Origin: Gammaproteobacteria bacterium
Lineage (GTDB): Bacteria; Pseudomonadota; Gammaproteobacteria; Eutrophobiales; Eutrophobiaceae
Assembly (NCBI GenBank): GCA_965215365.1
Contig: CBDCDS010000003.1
Location: forward strand, 2,016,001-2,080,000
Length of the DNA: 64,000 bases
Direction of reading: 5' to 3'
In this document: positions 32,009-42,840 of the stretch, in pieces
How positions within the stretch are numbered: the stretch's first letter is position 1
How the letters are laid out: each line of letters begins with the position of its first letter
Translations under genes and position numbers: made by a program
Notes under the pieces: generated by a model
Seen by the model: the letters and a program-made list of their open reading frames with translations, nothing else
Told to the model about the DNA's origin: nothing
The model's database searches: none

Positions 32009-33247
32009 GTGAACAAACGCAGGGTCGTTATTACCGGCCTCGGCCTCGTCACCCCGTTGGGTAACACCGTTGCCGAATCCTGGGACTCAATTCTGGCCGG
32101 CAGGAGTGGCATTGGTCCGATTACCCATTTTGCTGCCGCCGACCACTCCGTCAGAATTGCCGGCCTGATCAAGGACCTGGATGTGGATGCCTACATCCCT
32201 AGGAAAGATCAGAAAAAAATGGGCGTGTTCATCCACTATGGCATGGCCGCGGGCATACAAGCGGTGCAGGATGCCGGGATAGATACAGAGGCGCTGGACA
32301 AACACCGGGTTGGAGTCGCCATCGGCTCCGGCATCGGCGGTATTTCAGGCATAGAGAAAGGCGTGGAAACACTACGGGACAGCGGCCCAAGACGCATCTC
32401 GCCGTTCTTTGTGCCGGCCAATATCATCAACATGATTTCCGGCGACCTGTCCATTCGCTATGGTTTTAAGGGACCCAATTTCTGTATCGTTACCGCCTGC
32501 GCAACGGGCACCCACAATATCAGTGAAGCGGCGCGTGTCATTGAGTACGGCGCCGCCGACGTGATGGTGGCCGGCGGCGCTGAGTTTGGCTCATCCCCCA
32601 CCTCCATGGCCGGCTTTGCCAACGCCAAAGCCTTGTCCGTCCGCAATGACGAACCGCACCGGGCCAGTCGTCCTTGGGATACAGAACGGGACGGTTTTGT
32701 GCTGAGTGACGGCGCCGGTGTCGTCATCCTGGAAGAATTTGAACAGGCCCGGGCCCGCGGCGCGCACATTTACGCGGAGCTTGCCGGTTCTGCCATGAAC
32801 GGCGATGCCTACCACATGACCGCGCCGGCGGCAGACGGGGAGGGTGCCGCGCGCTGTATGCGGCAGGCGCTGGCGGATGCCGGCATAGACTGCACAGCCA
32901 TTGATTACATCAATGCGCACGGCACTTCTACGCCGGCAGGCGATGTGGTCGAGAGTAATGCCATCAAACAGGTATTCGGCACTCAGGCGCAACGGCTGGC
33001 TGTCAGTTCCACAAAATCCATGTGCGGCCACATGCTGGGTGCCGCCGGGAGTGTGGAAGTCGCATTCTGCGCGCTGGCGTTACGCGACCAGGTGGCGCCG
33101 CCCACGATCAATCTGGACCATCCCGATCCCGCGTGTGACCTAGATTATGTCCCCCATGAAGCCCGCCAGTTGTCGATGAACTATGTATTGTCCAATTCCT
33201 TTGGTTTCGGCGGTACCAACGGGTGCATCATCCTGAAACGCATCTGA
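32009..33247 (+). CDS. fabF: beta-ketoacyl-ACP synthase II
   Basis: TACATG, INAHGTST, GHMLGAAG, NSFGFGG. Confidence 0.95.
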   Translation: MNKRRVVITGLGLVTPLGNTVAESWDSILAGRSGIGPITHFAAADHSVRIAGLIKDLDVDAYIPRKDQKKMGVFIHYGMAAGIQAVQDAGIDTEALDKHRVGVAIGSGIGGISGIEKGVETLRDSGPRRISPFFVPANIINMISGDLSIRYGFKGPNFCIVTACATGTHNISEAARVIEYGAADVMVAGGAEFGSSPTSMAGFANAKALSVRNDEPHRASRPWDTERDGFVLSDGAGVVILEEFEQARARGAHIYAELAGSAMNGDAYHMTAPAADGEGAARCMRQALADAGIDCTAIDYINAHGTSTPAGDVVESNAIKQVFGTQAQRLAVSSTKSMCGHMLGAAGSVEVAFCALALRDQVAPPTINLDHPDPACDLDYVPHEARQLSMNYVLSNSFGFGGTNGCIILKRI

Positions 33248-34095
33248 CCGGCAGCGTTGCCGCGCCCGGCGCGGCGCTGGTTAACGGCGCCCCTAGCGGC
33301 GTCATTTCCGTACATGATCGCGGTCTGCAATTCGGTGACGGCGTGTTTGCAACCATTGCCGTACAAGCAGGTCTGCCACTGTGCCTAGAAGCGCACCTGG
33401 AGCGGCTGCAACAAGGCTGTGCGCGCCTGTGCATTGCCGCCCCTGAACGCACCCTGCTGCAACGGGAGGCGCAGCAGTTGTGCGCCCCGGTGGCAGCAGG
33501 CGTATTGAAGATCATCGTCACCCGGGGCACCGGCGGGCGCGGTTATCAACCCCCGGACGCTATCTCTGCTAACCGGCTGCTGACCTTGCACGAACGTCCC
33601 GTCTATCCATCCGCATTTTATCGTGAAGGCATTCGTTCTTACGTGTGTCAGCGCAATCTCACCACCGGTTCGGAGCTGGCCGGCATTAAACACCTGAACC
33701 GGCTGGAACAAGTGCTGTTGCGTCAGGAGGTCGCAGCAACGTCGTGTCCTGAAGGCGTGGTGACGGACCTGAACGGCAAGGTGATAGAGGGTAGTATGAG
33801 CAACCTGTTCATGGTGAAAAATGGTAAGCTGTTGACTCCCGACCTAGGCCAGGCGGGTGTCTGTGGCATCATCAGGGCCGCGATCATCAAACAGCGTCGC
33901 GCTGCGGGCCTGGCAATCGCAGTTAAGGATATTGAACTTGAAGAGTTATATGAGGCTGAGGAAGTATTTTATTGCAACAGCGTCATCGGCGTGTGGCCGG
34001 TGCGCAGCATCGGTTCTATTGTGTTTAACAGTATTGATACGGCCCTGGAAATCATGCGGGAACTAACGCACGCCAACATGATTGCGAGCGTTTGA
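33223..34095 (+). CDS. pabC: aminodeoxychorismate lyase
   Basis: DRGLQFGDGVF, GIKHLNRLEQV, EGSMSNLF; start uncertain. Confidence 0.9.
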   Translation: MHHPETHLTGSVAAPGAALVNGAPSGVISVHDRGLQFGDGVFATIAVQAGLPLCLEAHLERLQQGCARLCIAAPERTLLQREAQQLCAPVAAGVLKIIVTRGTGGRGYQPPDAISANRLLTLHERPVYPSAFYREGIRSYVCQRNLTTGSELAGIKHLNRLEQVLLRQEVAATSCPEGVVTDLNGKVIEGSMSNLFMVKNGKLLTPDLGQAGVCGIIRAAIIKQRRAAGLAIAVKDIELEELYEAEEVFYCNSVIGVWPVRSIGSIVFNSIDTALEIMRELTHANMIASV

Positions 34096-35135
34096 TGGCG
34101 CCTTTCCGCACGGTACTGCCGCTTATAAAATGGCGATTGTTGTTCATCCCCGTTGTCATTATTGCGCTGGCCGGGTGGTGGCTGCACCGGGACTTACGCA
34201 CGCAGCTTGACGCACCCCTGAATATCGATAGCCCCGAACAATTCGTTATTGCGCACGGTTTGCCGTTGCGCGCCGTTGCCGAAGAAATCACTGCGCGCGG
34301 CTGGTTTGAGCATCCTCGCTACTTGCAACTCGAAGGCCGGCTGCAAGGCGTAGAGACATCGATCAAAGCCGGAGAATACCTGCTCGAACCCGGCATCACG
34401 GCCCGGTCGCTGCTCGACATGATAGTGGCCGGGCGGGTCGCGCAACATGCGCTGACGATCCCGGAAGGCTGGACATTCAGACAGATCATCGACGCACTGC
34501 ACGCACACCCGTATATCAAGCGGACCTTGCGCGCAACGACACCGGAACGCGTGATGCTCGAGATAGGCTATCCCGGCTATGCCGCCGAGGGGCGATTTTT
34601 TCCCGACACGTATTATTTCCCTGCCGGCTCCAGCGACAGGGACTTTCTGCGGCGCGCGTTAACGCGTATGGAAACGGTATTAAACGAGGAGTGGGAGGCG
34701 CGCGCGCCCGGCTTGCCATACCGGTCGCCGTACCAGGCGCTGATCATGGCTTCCCTGATAGAGAAGGAAACTGCCGTAGCCGAGGAGCGGGAACTGGTCG
34801 CCGGCGTATTTGTGCGCAGGCTCAAGCAAAATATGAAGCTGCAAACCGATCCAACTGTAATCTATGCGCTGGGAGAGAGCTTTGACGGCGACCTGCGGCG
34901 CCGGGATCTGAAAGTGGACTCGCCATTCAATACCTATCGCTACCGGGGCCTGCCGCCGACACCCATTGCCGCCGCTGGCAGAGCCGCCATCCGCGCGGCA
35001 CTACAACCGGAAGCGGGTGAGGCGTTATATTTCGTGGCAACGGAGGATAACGGCAGACACCATTTTTCCCGCACCCTGGCAGAACACAACCGGGCAGTGG
35101 TAAAATATCAGCTTAACGGCGGCGGTGAACGTTGA
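34092..35135 (+). CDS. mltG: endolytic transglycosylase
   Basis: TIPEGW, EGRFFPDTY, ASLIEKE, LQTDPTV, GLPPTPI. Confidence 0.93.
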   Translation: MMAPFRTVLPLIKWRLLFIPVVIIALAGWWLHRDLRTQLDAPLNIDSPEQFVIAHGLPLRAVAEEITARGWFEHPRYLQLEGRLQGVETSIKAGEYLLEPGITARSLLDMIVAGRVAQHALTIPEGWTFRQIIDALHAHPYIKRTLRATTPERVMLEIGYPGYAAEGRFFPDTYYFPAGSSDRDFLRRALTRMETVLNEEWEARAPGLPYRSPYQALIMASLIEKETAVAEERELVAGVFVRRLKQNMKLQTDPTVIYALGESFDGDLRRRDLKVDSPFNTYRYRGLPPTPIAAAGRAAIRAALQPEAGEALYFVATEDNGRHHFSRTLAEHNRAVVKYQLNGGGER

Positions 35136-35758
35136 AGGGCTGGCTGATTACATTTGAGGGTATCGAGGGCGTCGGCAAGACCACCCAGGTGCAAAAAACC
35201 TTCGAGCTGCTGGAGGCCGAACAGCCGGGGCGGGTGCTCGTCACCAGAGAACCCGGCGGTACGCCTGCAGGCGAGGCCATACGCGCGCTGATGTTGCAGT
35301 CTGCGTCTGGCAATATCGATGGCATCACGGAAATGCTGCTGGTGTTTGCCGCCCGTCGCCAGCACCTGCGCACAGTCATTGAGCCGGCCCTGCAAGCCGG
35401 AAAAATCGTCTTGTGCGACCGCTTTACCGATGCCACGTTTGCCTACCAGGGCGGTGGGCGCGGCGTGCCGGAGCAATACATCGAGCGCGTGCAGGATATG
35501 GTGCAGGATAGCCTCAGGCCGCACTTGACACTGTTGTTCGACGCGCCGCCGGAAACGGGTCTGGCACGTCTCAGCACGCGCAAGGATCTTGACCGCATGG
35601 AGACCGAAACAGTAAATTTTTTCCGGCAGGTGCGGACCAGATACCTGGAGTTGGCAGCCCGCCATCCTGAGCGGATCCACGTCATCGACGCAACGGCGGC
35701 GCTCGAGACGGTCACTGCAACCATACGGGCTATCCTGGAGGGACACAAGTTATGCTAA
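35132..35758 (+). CDS. tmk: thymidylate kinase
   Basis: FEGIEGVGKTT, TREPGG, CDRF..ATFAYQG. Confidence 0.95.
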   Translation: MKGWLITFEGIEGVGKTTQVQKTFELLEAEQPGRVLVTREPGGTPAGEAIRALMLQSASGNIDGITEMLLVFAARRQHLRTVIEPALQAGKIVLCDRFTDATFAYQGGGRGVPEQYIERVQDMVQDSLRPHLTLLFDAPPETGLARLSTRKDLDRMETETVNFFRQVRTRYLELAARHPERIHVIDATAALETVTATIRAILEGHKLC

Positions 35759-35780
35759 CCTGTAAAAAAACACTGCACAG

Positions 35781-36767
35781 ATGTCGATAACTTACCCTTG
35801 GCAGGCGCAACAATGGCAACGCCTCAGGCTCGCTGCCAGTCAGGAGCGGTTGCCCCATGCCCTGTTGTTGAGCGGCATGGCCGGTTCTGGCATCCGGCAG
35901 TTCGCCCTGGCCTTTGCGCACTACCTGCTGTGTGCCGCGCCGACCGCCGCCGGCACAGCCTGCGGACAGTGCCGCTCCTGCCTGCTGGCCAAGGCCGGCA
36001 ACCATCCTGATATCAGGGTGTTGGAAGCCGAAGACGACAGCGCCCAAATCAAGGTGGAGGCGGTGCGCGAGCTGATAGCTTATTTGCAACTCAGCAGCCA
36101 GTATGGCGGGCGCAAAATTGCCATCATAGAGCCGACTGAGGGCATGAATCGCCACGCCGCCAACAGCCTGCTGAAGACGCTGGAAGAACCGGCAGCCTCG
36201 GCCTTGCTGATATTGATATCCTGCCAACCCGCGCGTCTGCTGGTGACGCTGCGCAGCCGTTGCCAGCGAGTCAGTTTTACTGACATCGACCGGCAACAGG
36301 CTCTTGACTGGTTGCAGGGACAACTGGCAGAACCGGCGCCGGCCGAGGAATTACTGGAGCTGGCCGGCGGCGCGCCGCTAACCGCGCTGGAGCTGGCCGG
36401 GAGCGACGCCCTGGCACAATGGCAAGAACTATTGCAGGATTTACAGCACGCCGCCCACCCGCACACCTATCCGGCAGAGATTGCCGAGAAATGGGTGAAA
36501 CAGGATGCCGCGGAGATGTTAACCAGATTGTTGTTCCTGTTCAACAAAATGGCTGTATTGCATGCCAGCGGCGCCAAACAGCCTGTCGTACCATCGGACC
36601 TGAACGGAAAACTGTGCCAGCTGACAACACAATTACGGCTGTCAATGCTGCTGGATTGCCACGCCCTGACCTTGCAGAACTATCAACTGCTCAGCGCCGG
36701 CAGCAATCTGAACAAACAAAGCCTGCTGGAACAGATTATCGTATATTGGCAATCCATCCACAGGTAA
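35781..36767 (+). CDS. holB: DNA polymerase III delta prime
   Basis: YPWQ, CGQCRSC, HPD, AANSLLKTLEEP, RSRC. Confidence 0.93.
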   Translation: MSITYPWQAQQWQRLRLAASQERLPHALLLSGMAGSGIRQFALAFAHYLLCAAPTAAGTACGQCRSCLLAKAGNHPDIRVLEAEDDSAQIKVEAVRELIAYLQLSSQYGGRKIAIIEPTEGMNRHAANSLLKTLEEPAASALLILISCQPARLLVTLRSRCQRVSFTDIDRQQALDWLQGQLAEPAPAEELLELAGGAPLTALELAGSDALAQWQELLQDLQHAAHPHTYPAEIAEKWVKQDAAEMLTRLLFLFNKMAVLHASGAKQPVVPSDLNGKLCQLTTQLRLSMLLDCHALTLQNYQLLSAGSNLNKQSLLEQIIVYWQSIHR

Positions 36768-36816
36768 GGCTTTTTCCATAGACAACCGCTGCGTTACTCT
36801 GCGTCAGTTGCGGATA

Positions 36817-37620
36817 ATGACCATGAACAATCCATATTTAGTCGACTCACATTGCCACATCCCGTTAATTGAAATGGAAGGCGGGGCCGAGGCCGTTATC
36901 GACGCCGCGCAAGCGGCCGGGGTAGGGCACCTGTTATGCGTTGCCGTTGACCTGGAGTCTTTCCCTGAAATCAGGCAACTGGCGCAGTCCTACGCCTGTG
37001 TGTCTGCATCGGTGGGGGTGCATCCCAATACGTCTCCCAATACGTCTGGAAACCTTGAGCCGACCGAGGAGGTATTGTTGGAGCTGGCGCAAGACCCGAC
37101 GGTGGTGGCCATCGGTGAAACCGGACTGGATTACTATCGTAACGATGGCGACCTGGACTGGCAGCAACAACGGTTTCGCACTCATATCCGGGCCGCGCGG
37201 GAACTCGGCAAGCCGCTGATCATCCACAGCCGGGAAGCCCGGGGCGACGTGATAAACATCCTGGCTGAAGAGGGCGCCGATGCCGTCGGCGGAGTCATGC
37301 ATTGTTTCGTGGAAGATCTGGAGACGGCAAAGCAGGCCATGGACTTGAATTTTTACATCTCTTTTTCGGGCATTGTCACTTTCCGTAATGCCCGGGCGTT
37401 ACAGGAGGTGGCAAAACAGGTGCCGTTGGATCGAATCATGGTTGAAACCGACTCGCCCTACCTGGCGCCGGTACCCTACCGCGGCAAACAGAACCAGCCC
37501 GCTTATGTGCGCCACGTGGCAGAAAAAATCGCAGAGCTGCAAGACCTTGAAGTGGCTGAAGTGATCGAAACCACCACGCGTAATTTCAAGAAGGTCTTTG
37601 CACGCGCCGACTGCGGCTAG
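36817..37620 (+). CDS. TatD family hydrolase (YcfH-like)
   Basis: VDSHCH, IGETGLDY, IHSR, MHCF, VETDSPYLAP; follows holB. Confidence 0.9.
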   Translation: MTMNNPYLVDSHCHIPLIEMEGGAEAVIDAAQAAGVGHLLCVAVDLESFPEIRQLAQSYACVSASVGVHPNTSPNTSGNLEPTEEVLLELAQDPTVVAIGETGLDYYRNDGDLDWQQQRFRTHIRAARELGKPLIIHSREARGDVINILAEEGADAVGGVMHCFVEDLETAKQAMDLNFYISFSGIVTFRNARALQEVAKQVPLDRIMVETDSPYLAPVPYRGKQNQPAYVRHVAEKIAELQDLEVAEVIETTTRNFKKVFARADCG

Positions 37621-37655
37621 CTCATATATCTCACCATCGTAGCGGAGCCTGACCC

Positions 37656-38795
37656 ATGCCCTTGCGTGAGCATTTCCCCATATTTCAATCAAGAATTCAT
37701 CTTGACAGTTGTTCTTACGGCGCCCTATCGAATGAAGTCAGGCAGGCCTATCTGGAGTATCTGGATGAGCGTGACCGTTATGGCTCGCACTGGGAGGTCT
37801 GGGTGGGCAAGCTGGAAACCTTAAGGAGCATGTTGGCGCAATTACTGAACGCCTCGACCGATGAAATTGCCATGGGCTCCTGTCTGAGCAACTGCCTTAA
37901 TGCCCTGGCCAGCGCATTTGATTTTACCGGGACGCGCAACAAGGTATTGCTCACCGATTTTGATTTTCCCACCACCGCGCAGATCTGGCGCGCCCAGCAG
38001 CGACGGGGCGCAGTGATCGGATGCGTACCCTGTTATCCGGGCGAGCTGACTATCCCCGCAGAGCGGTTTGCCGAACACATCGATGAATCGACACTGGTTG
38101 TGTCTGTACCCCATGTCTGTTACCGCAACGGCGCCCGGCTGGATGTGCAGCCGATTATCGAGGCCGCCCATGCCCACGGCGCGCGGGTATTTCTGGACTG
38201 CTACCAGAGCGTAGGTTCCATGCCCATCGACGTCAAGGCCCTGGATGTGGATTTTGCTGCCGGCGGGACGCTGAAATATCTGGCGTCAACGGCCGGAACG
38301 GCGTTCATGTACGTCCGCGACAGCCTGATAGCAGAGCTTGAGCCGACTACCAGTGGCTGGTTCAGTCAGGCTGATATTCATGCGATGGAGATACATAAAA
38401 ACGACCCGGCGCCCAATGCCCGTCGCTTTGAAACCGGTACGCCGAATGTCGCCAGCCTGTATGCCTCCGGCGCCGGACTGCAACTGGCCAACGAGGTCGG
38501 CCTGGAAACAACACAACAATACGTCAGCGCGCTGAACCGGGCCATCAAGGAAAAGGTCGGGGAAAATGGCTTGCAACTGGCCACACCGGCTGCGGACCAC
38601 AGCCACGGCGCCATGCTTGCCATCAGGTCAACAGATATGCAGCGCCTGGTCGCGGCACTACAAGCGCGGGGCATCACCACGTCCTGTCGCGACGGCAATG
38701 TCAGGATCTCGGCGCATTTTTATAATAATTCTGACGACATAGTGGCATTGTTTGCAGCGCTGAACGACTTGCGGGAACTACTGGTGACGGGTTAG
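37656..38795 (+). CDS. PLP-dependent aminotransferase class V (cysteine desulfurase/kynureninase-like)
   Basis: REHFP, DFPT, LDCYQSVG, GTLKY, RFETGT, RISAHFYN. Confidence 0.85.
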   Translation: MPLREHFPIFQSRIHLDSCSYGALSNEVRQAYLEYLDERDRYGSHWEVWVGKLETLRSMLAQLLNASTDEIAMGSCLSNCLNALASAFDFTGTRNKVLLTDFDFPTTAQIWRAQQRRGAVIGCVPCYPGELTIPAERFAEHIDESTLVVSVPHVCYRNGARLDVQPIIEAAHAHGARVFLDCYQSVGSMPIDVKALDVDFAAGGTLKYLASTAGTAFMYVRDSLIAELEPTTSGWFSQADIHAMEIHKNDPAPNARRFETGTPNVASLYASGAGLQLANEVGLETTQQYVSALNRAIKEKVGENGLQLATPAADHSHGAMLAIRSTDMQRLVAALQARGITTSCRDGNVRISAHFYNNSDDIVALFAALNDLRELLVTG

Positions 38796-38803
38796 GGGTG
38801 GCC

Positions 38804-39628
38804 TTATAAAGATGCAGAGTTGGTCTCAGTTTTTTGCTCAGGGCTGGTGGCGTCTGCTGAGACATCGGCACCGGTGACGTTGGGCGTTACGGCTGGCGGT
38901 TTGGAAATATAACGTATGCCTTTCAGGGTCAGCCTGAGTGCCTGGAAATGGATCATGCAGATGGTTTTAACCGTCACCAACGGGTTGCTGAGGAAGGCTT
39001 TCAGCAATGCCGTTGCGGACAGGTCGGCAAACCGGCCGCACAGTGACGTTATCAGCGTGGTCTGCTGTTCTGCGTTAATGTAGTCGATCCGTATCGCGCA
39101 ACGTTCAGCCGTTATGTCAAAACGAAACCGGTAGTGGCCCTCCCGCTTGAGATACGGCGATACGTGAAAGCATTTTGGCGCAGCTATCCAACCCCCGGCA
39201 TCAACAGGTCGGCACTGCGGGCGAATGCACACATAACTGTGCGTTTCCCCAAACGTGTTGTTCACCTCGCAAATGATTGCATAAGTATTATCCCTGCCAT
39301 CGCGACACAGCCAGAAACTGACCGGGTTGAATACATAACCCAGAACACGCGGCATACATACCAGCGTAATAGCCTCAGGCCTAGGAACATCATAGCCCGA
39401 CAACATATCTTCAACCCATCGCCTAAGCGAGCCGCCGTCCCGATAGCCGTGATCACGGGTATCTAAGCTGTGCAGCCCAAAACGATTCAGCGGCAGCCGG
39501 GCATTCAATGAGCCGTCTTCTATTGCGTCCAGTGGGATAGCCAGATAATACACGCCGTAACAAAAACGGTTTTTTCTAGGCAAGGTGCGCTGGTGCATGA
39601 CCCTGGCATGTAGAATTGCCGGCTTCAT
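38804..39628 (-). CDS. DUF1365 protein (UfaO-like)
   Basis: HQRTLP, PRVLGYVFNPVSFW, EVNNTFGE, KCFHVSP, IHFQALRL. Confidence 0.85.
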   Translation of the reverse strand: MKPAILHARVMHQRTLPRKNRFCYGVYYLAIPLDAIEDGSLNARLPLNRFGLHSLDTRDHGYRDGGSLRRWVEDMLSGYDVPRPEAITLVCMPRVLGYVFNPVSFWLCRDGRDNTYAIICEVNNTFGETHSYVCIRPQCRPVDAGGWIAAPKCFHVSPYLKREGHYRFRFDITAERCAIRIDYINAEQQTTLITSLCGRFADLSATALLKAFLSNPLVTVKTICMIHFQALRLTLKGIRYISKPPAVTPNVTGADVSADATSPEQKTETNSASL

Positions 39629-40926
39629 GGTGTCGCCGCTGCATCAACCGCGTCTGCAGAAGCACCACGGCAGGCATTTTCAGAAGTTGCCGCAAATTTC
39701 TCAGCCATGGCAATGGCACTGTTCAAACCGTCTTCATGGAAACCATACCCCTGCCAAGCACCGCAGAACCAGAGCCGGTCTTGCCCCTGGATCTCGTCTA
39801 AGCGTTCCTGCGCGGCGATAGCATTTTGATCGAATAACGGATGTTCGAAGACATACTCATCGTGCAGCAGTGCCGGGTCCGGCTCGAAGGCCGGGTTTAA
39901 TGTCACAAACAACGGATAATCTGTCCCCAACGGCTGTAAATTATTCATCCAGTAGCTCAGGCTCACGGCCGGCTCCCGGTCCTCGCGCCGCTGGCACAGA
40001 TAGACCCAGCTGGCCCAGGCCTGCTTTCTTTTGGGCATACAACGCGTGTCGCTGTGCAACAGCGCGCGATTGCGCTGGTAGCGAATATTCGCCAGTACTG
40101 AGCGCTCCGCACGGGTCGGCGCCTCAATCAGCTGCAACGCCTGATCGCTGTGACAGGCCAGCACTGCGTGTTCATAACGTTCATAACCCCCATGTCGGTC
40201 TGTTACCCACACCCCCGAGGCTACGCGTTGCACCTTGCGCACGCCACAATTTACCCGAATACTGTCCCTGAAAGGCGCGCTGAGCCGGGAGATATATTCA
40301 CGACTGCCGCCGCGCACGGTTTGCCATTTTGGCCGGTCGCGCAAGGCCAACAAGCCGTGATTTTCAAAAAACCGCACCATGGTCATGGCCGGGAAATGTA
40401 ACATCCGCGCCAGCGGGGTACTCCAGATAGCCCCGCCCATTGCCAGCAGGTAATAGCGTTTGAACCAGTCTCCCATGCCGAGCCCGGCCAGACATTCTTC
40501 CATAATTGCTTGTGGATTGGCTTGCACGAACGCGCGCGCATGGCGCTGAAAATACAGAATATCCCGGAGCATACCATAATAACGAGCGCGGAAAATATTG
40601 CGCTTCTGAGCAAACAGGTTGGCCAGCGCCGGGGTGCCATATTCCAGCCAACCGTTATCAATACTGACACCGAATGACATGGCACTGCGGCTCACAGGCA
40701 CCTCGAGTTGTTTGAACAATGCCGTCAGGCGCGGGTAATTGCGTGGATTGAAAACAATAAACCCTGTATCAACGGCCACCGTGTTTTGTGGCGTTGTCAC
40801 CTCCAGCGTGCGGCCATGCCCACCCACGTAGCTTGCCTTTTCATATACCGTGATGTCATGTTTCTGGTATAATGCACGCGCCGCGGCCAGACCGGATATG
40901 CCGGTGCCGATAATCGCAATTTTCAT
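39625..40926 (-). CDS. FAD-dependent oxidoreductase (UfaD-like fatty-acid desaturase)
   Basis: IIGTGISGL, VDTGFIVFN, FFENHGLL, GYGFHEDG. Confidence 0.85.
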   Translation of the reverse strand: MKIAIIGTGISGLAAARALYQKHDITVYEKASYVGGHGRTLEVTTPQNTVAVDTGFIVFNPRNYPRLTALFKQLEVPVSRSAMSFGVSIDNGWLEYGTPALANLFAQKRNIFRARYYGMLRDILYFQRHARAFVQANPQAIMEECLAGLGMGDWFKRYYLLAMGGAIWSTPLARMLHFPAMTMVRFFENHGLLALRDRPKWQTVRGGSREYISRLSAPFRDSIRVNCGVRKVQRVASGVWVTDRHGGYERYEHAVLACHSDQALQLIEAPTRAERSVLANIRYQRNRALLHSDTRCMPKRKQAWASWVYLCQRREDREPAVSLSYWMNNLQPLGTDYPLFVTLNPAFEPDPALLHDEYVFEHPLFDQNAIAAQERLDEIQGQDRLWFCGAWQGYGFHEDGLNSAIAMAEKFAATSENACRGASADAVDAAATP

Positions 40927-41009
40927 ACGTCGGTCGGTCCTTTTTGCTGTTCAGAGGCGACCATAATGATAGAGAATCTCCGGTTCCACAAGCAAGAGCA
41001 GTTATCACC

Positions 41010-42173
41010 GTGAAAAAAACCACCGAGGTATTCCTGCGCGCCCTGCAACGGCTGGTGTATGGCCAGCTTGAGCTGGAGTTGCCAGATGGCACAAAACACC
41101 ACTTTGCCGGCGACAAGCCCGGCCCCAAAGCGCACCTTCGACTGCACGAGGAGGGGGTTGTTGCCAACATGATCCTGCGCGGCAACATGGCTTTTGCCAA
41201 TGACTATCGCGCCGGCAAGTGGGACAGTAACGACCTTGCTGCGCTGCTGGAGTGCGGCTTGCGCAACAGCAGCGCGCTGCAACGTTACACCCGCGGCAGC
41301 AAGACCTTGCAACTGTTGACGGCGCTGTCATACCTGTTCAGACAGAATACCCGGCGCGGCAGTCGCAGGAATATTCATTACCATTATGACCTGGGTAATG
41401 ATTTTTATGCACTCTGGCTGGACCGCACCATGACGTATTCATCGGCCTTGTTCAACGACGATACCGATGAGCTGACCACCGCGCAACACCATAAGTATGA
41501 CCGTATTCTGGAATTGCTGGGTGATACGCCGCAACAGGTTGTTGATATTGGTTGCGGTTGGGGCGGGTTTGTAGAGCGGGGCGTCGAAACTGCGGGGCAT
41601 CAGGTCGAAGGCATTACCATCTCGCCGTCACAATATGCATACGCCTGCAAGCGTCTGCAAAAACACCACGGACAAGCCGCAGTGCGCATGCAGGATTATC
41701 GGGCGCTACGCGGCAACTATGACGCGGTAGTCTCAATCGAGATGTTCGAGGCGGTAGGAGAGCGCTACTGGAATTCTTTTTTCAGGAAAATCAAATCCAT
41801 ACTCAGCAATAAAGGCAAGGCCGTGATCCAGACGATTACCATTGGCGATGAATATTTTGCTGATTACCGGCGCGGCGGCGATGTCATACGCAGCTACATC
41901 TTTCCGGGCGGTATGTTACCGTGTCCGGCCCGCTTCAATCGGGACGCAGCACGCGCCGGACTGCAAATCAGCGACCGGTATTTTTTTGGTGCCGACTATG
42001 CGCGCACCTTGCAACACTGGCTTGGCCGTTTCGAGCAACAATCGGAGGCGCTGTTGGCACTGAACTTTGACCAGCCATTTATGCGGCTCTGGCGTTTTTA
42101 TCTGGCCTCATGTATCGGCGCCTTCCGGGCGCAACGCACCAACGTCATGCAGGTTGAGCTGCGTCATGCCTGA
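41010..42173 (+). CDS. cfa: cyclopropane-fatty-acyl-phospholipid synthase family methyltransferase (UfaM-like)
   Basis: NIHYHYDLGNDFY, MTYS, DIGCGWG, SIEMFEAVG, YIFPGG; start GTG 41010 is tentative. Confidence 0.85.
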   Translation: MKKTTEVFLRALQRLVYGQLELELPDGTKHHFAGDKPGPKAHLRLHEEGVVANMILRGNMAFANDYRAGKWDSNDLAALLECGLRNSSALQRYTRGSKTLQLLTALSYLFRQNTRRGSRRNIHYHYDLGNDFYALWLDRTMTYSSALFNDDTDELTTAQHHKYDRILELLGDTPQQVVDIGCGWGGFVERGVETAGHQVEGITISPSQYAYACKRLQKHHGQAAVRMQDYRALRGNYDAVVSIEMFEAVGERYWNSFFRKIKSILSNKGKAVIQTITIGDEYFADYRRGGDVIRSYIFPGGMLPCPARFNRDAARAGLQISDRYFFGADYARTLQHWLGRFEQQSEALLALNFDQPFMRLWRFYLASCIGAFRAQRTNVMQVELRHA

Positions 42174-42840
42174 TAATGCCGGCGCGCCTGCCGGATACCG
42201 GTTCAGGTACGGTATGACGAACCGGTTGCGAGCTGCCCGAGTCGGGTATGCGCTGCTCATCATGCCGGCGCTGTTGAGCGGCTTGTTCTGGCTGGCGGCG
42301 CCGGCTCAAGCGGATGTCAGCGTGACAGATACCGGCGTGACACTCGAAAGCATGACCGCTCCAGCCGTGCCCCTGACAGCTGCACAGGTCGCCGCGCGCT
42401 ACGTGCCAGACGCGGCTGTGGCCGGCGCTGCGCAGATGACCTTCATGCTCTGGGACGTGTACATCGCCACGCTGTACGCGCCCGGTGGCGTATGGCGGGA
42501 GGAGCAACCCTTTGCTTTAGCGCTTGCCTATCAGCGCCAACTGCGCGGCAAGGACATTGCCAAACGTTCGGTCAAGGAAATGCGCGAGCAGGGTTTCAAT
42601 GATGAGAACCAACTCGCCGCGTGGCACGAGGAAATGCAGCAGATATTTCCTGATGTGGACGAAAACACAACCCTGACGGGCGTTCGTGATGCGCGCGGCT
42701 ACGCTATATTTTACCGTAACGGCGAGCGTATCGGCATTATCGAAGAACCGGCGTTCAGCAACTGGTTTTTCGGAATCTGGCTGAATGAGCAAACCTCTGA
42801 GCCGGCGCTGCGAAAAAAACTATTAGGAGCATCGGGGTAG
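42166..42840 (+). CDS. chalcone isomerase-like protein
   Basis: Signal/TM segment, WDVYIATLY, FFGIWL..TSEP.LR; typical cluster member; start uncertain. Confidence 0.75.
   Translation: MPDNAGAPAGYRFRYGMTNRLRAARVGYALLIMPALLSGLFWLAAPAQADVSVTDTGVTLESMTAPAVPLTAAQVAARYVPDAAVAGAAQMTFMLWDVYIATLYAPGGVWREEQPFALALAYQRQLRGKDIAKRSVKEMREQGFNDENQLAAWHEEMQQIFPDVDENTTLTGVRDARGYAIFYRNGERIGIIEEPAFSNWFFGIWLNEQTSEPALRKKLLGASG

Noticed and set aside
40920-40955. RpoE(ECF11)-like promoter TGAAC...CGTAT before the FAD oxidoreductase
   Set aside because: The putative -10 overlaps the start codon and the spacing is off.
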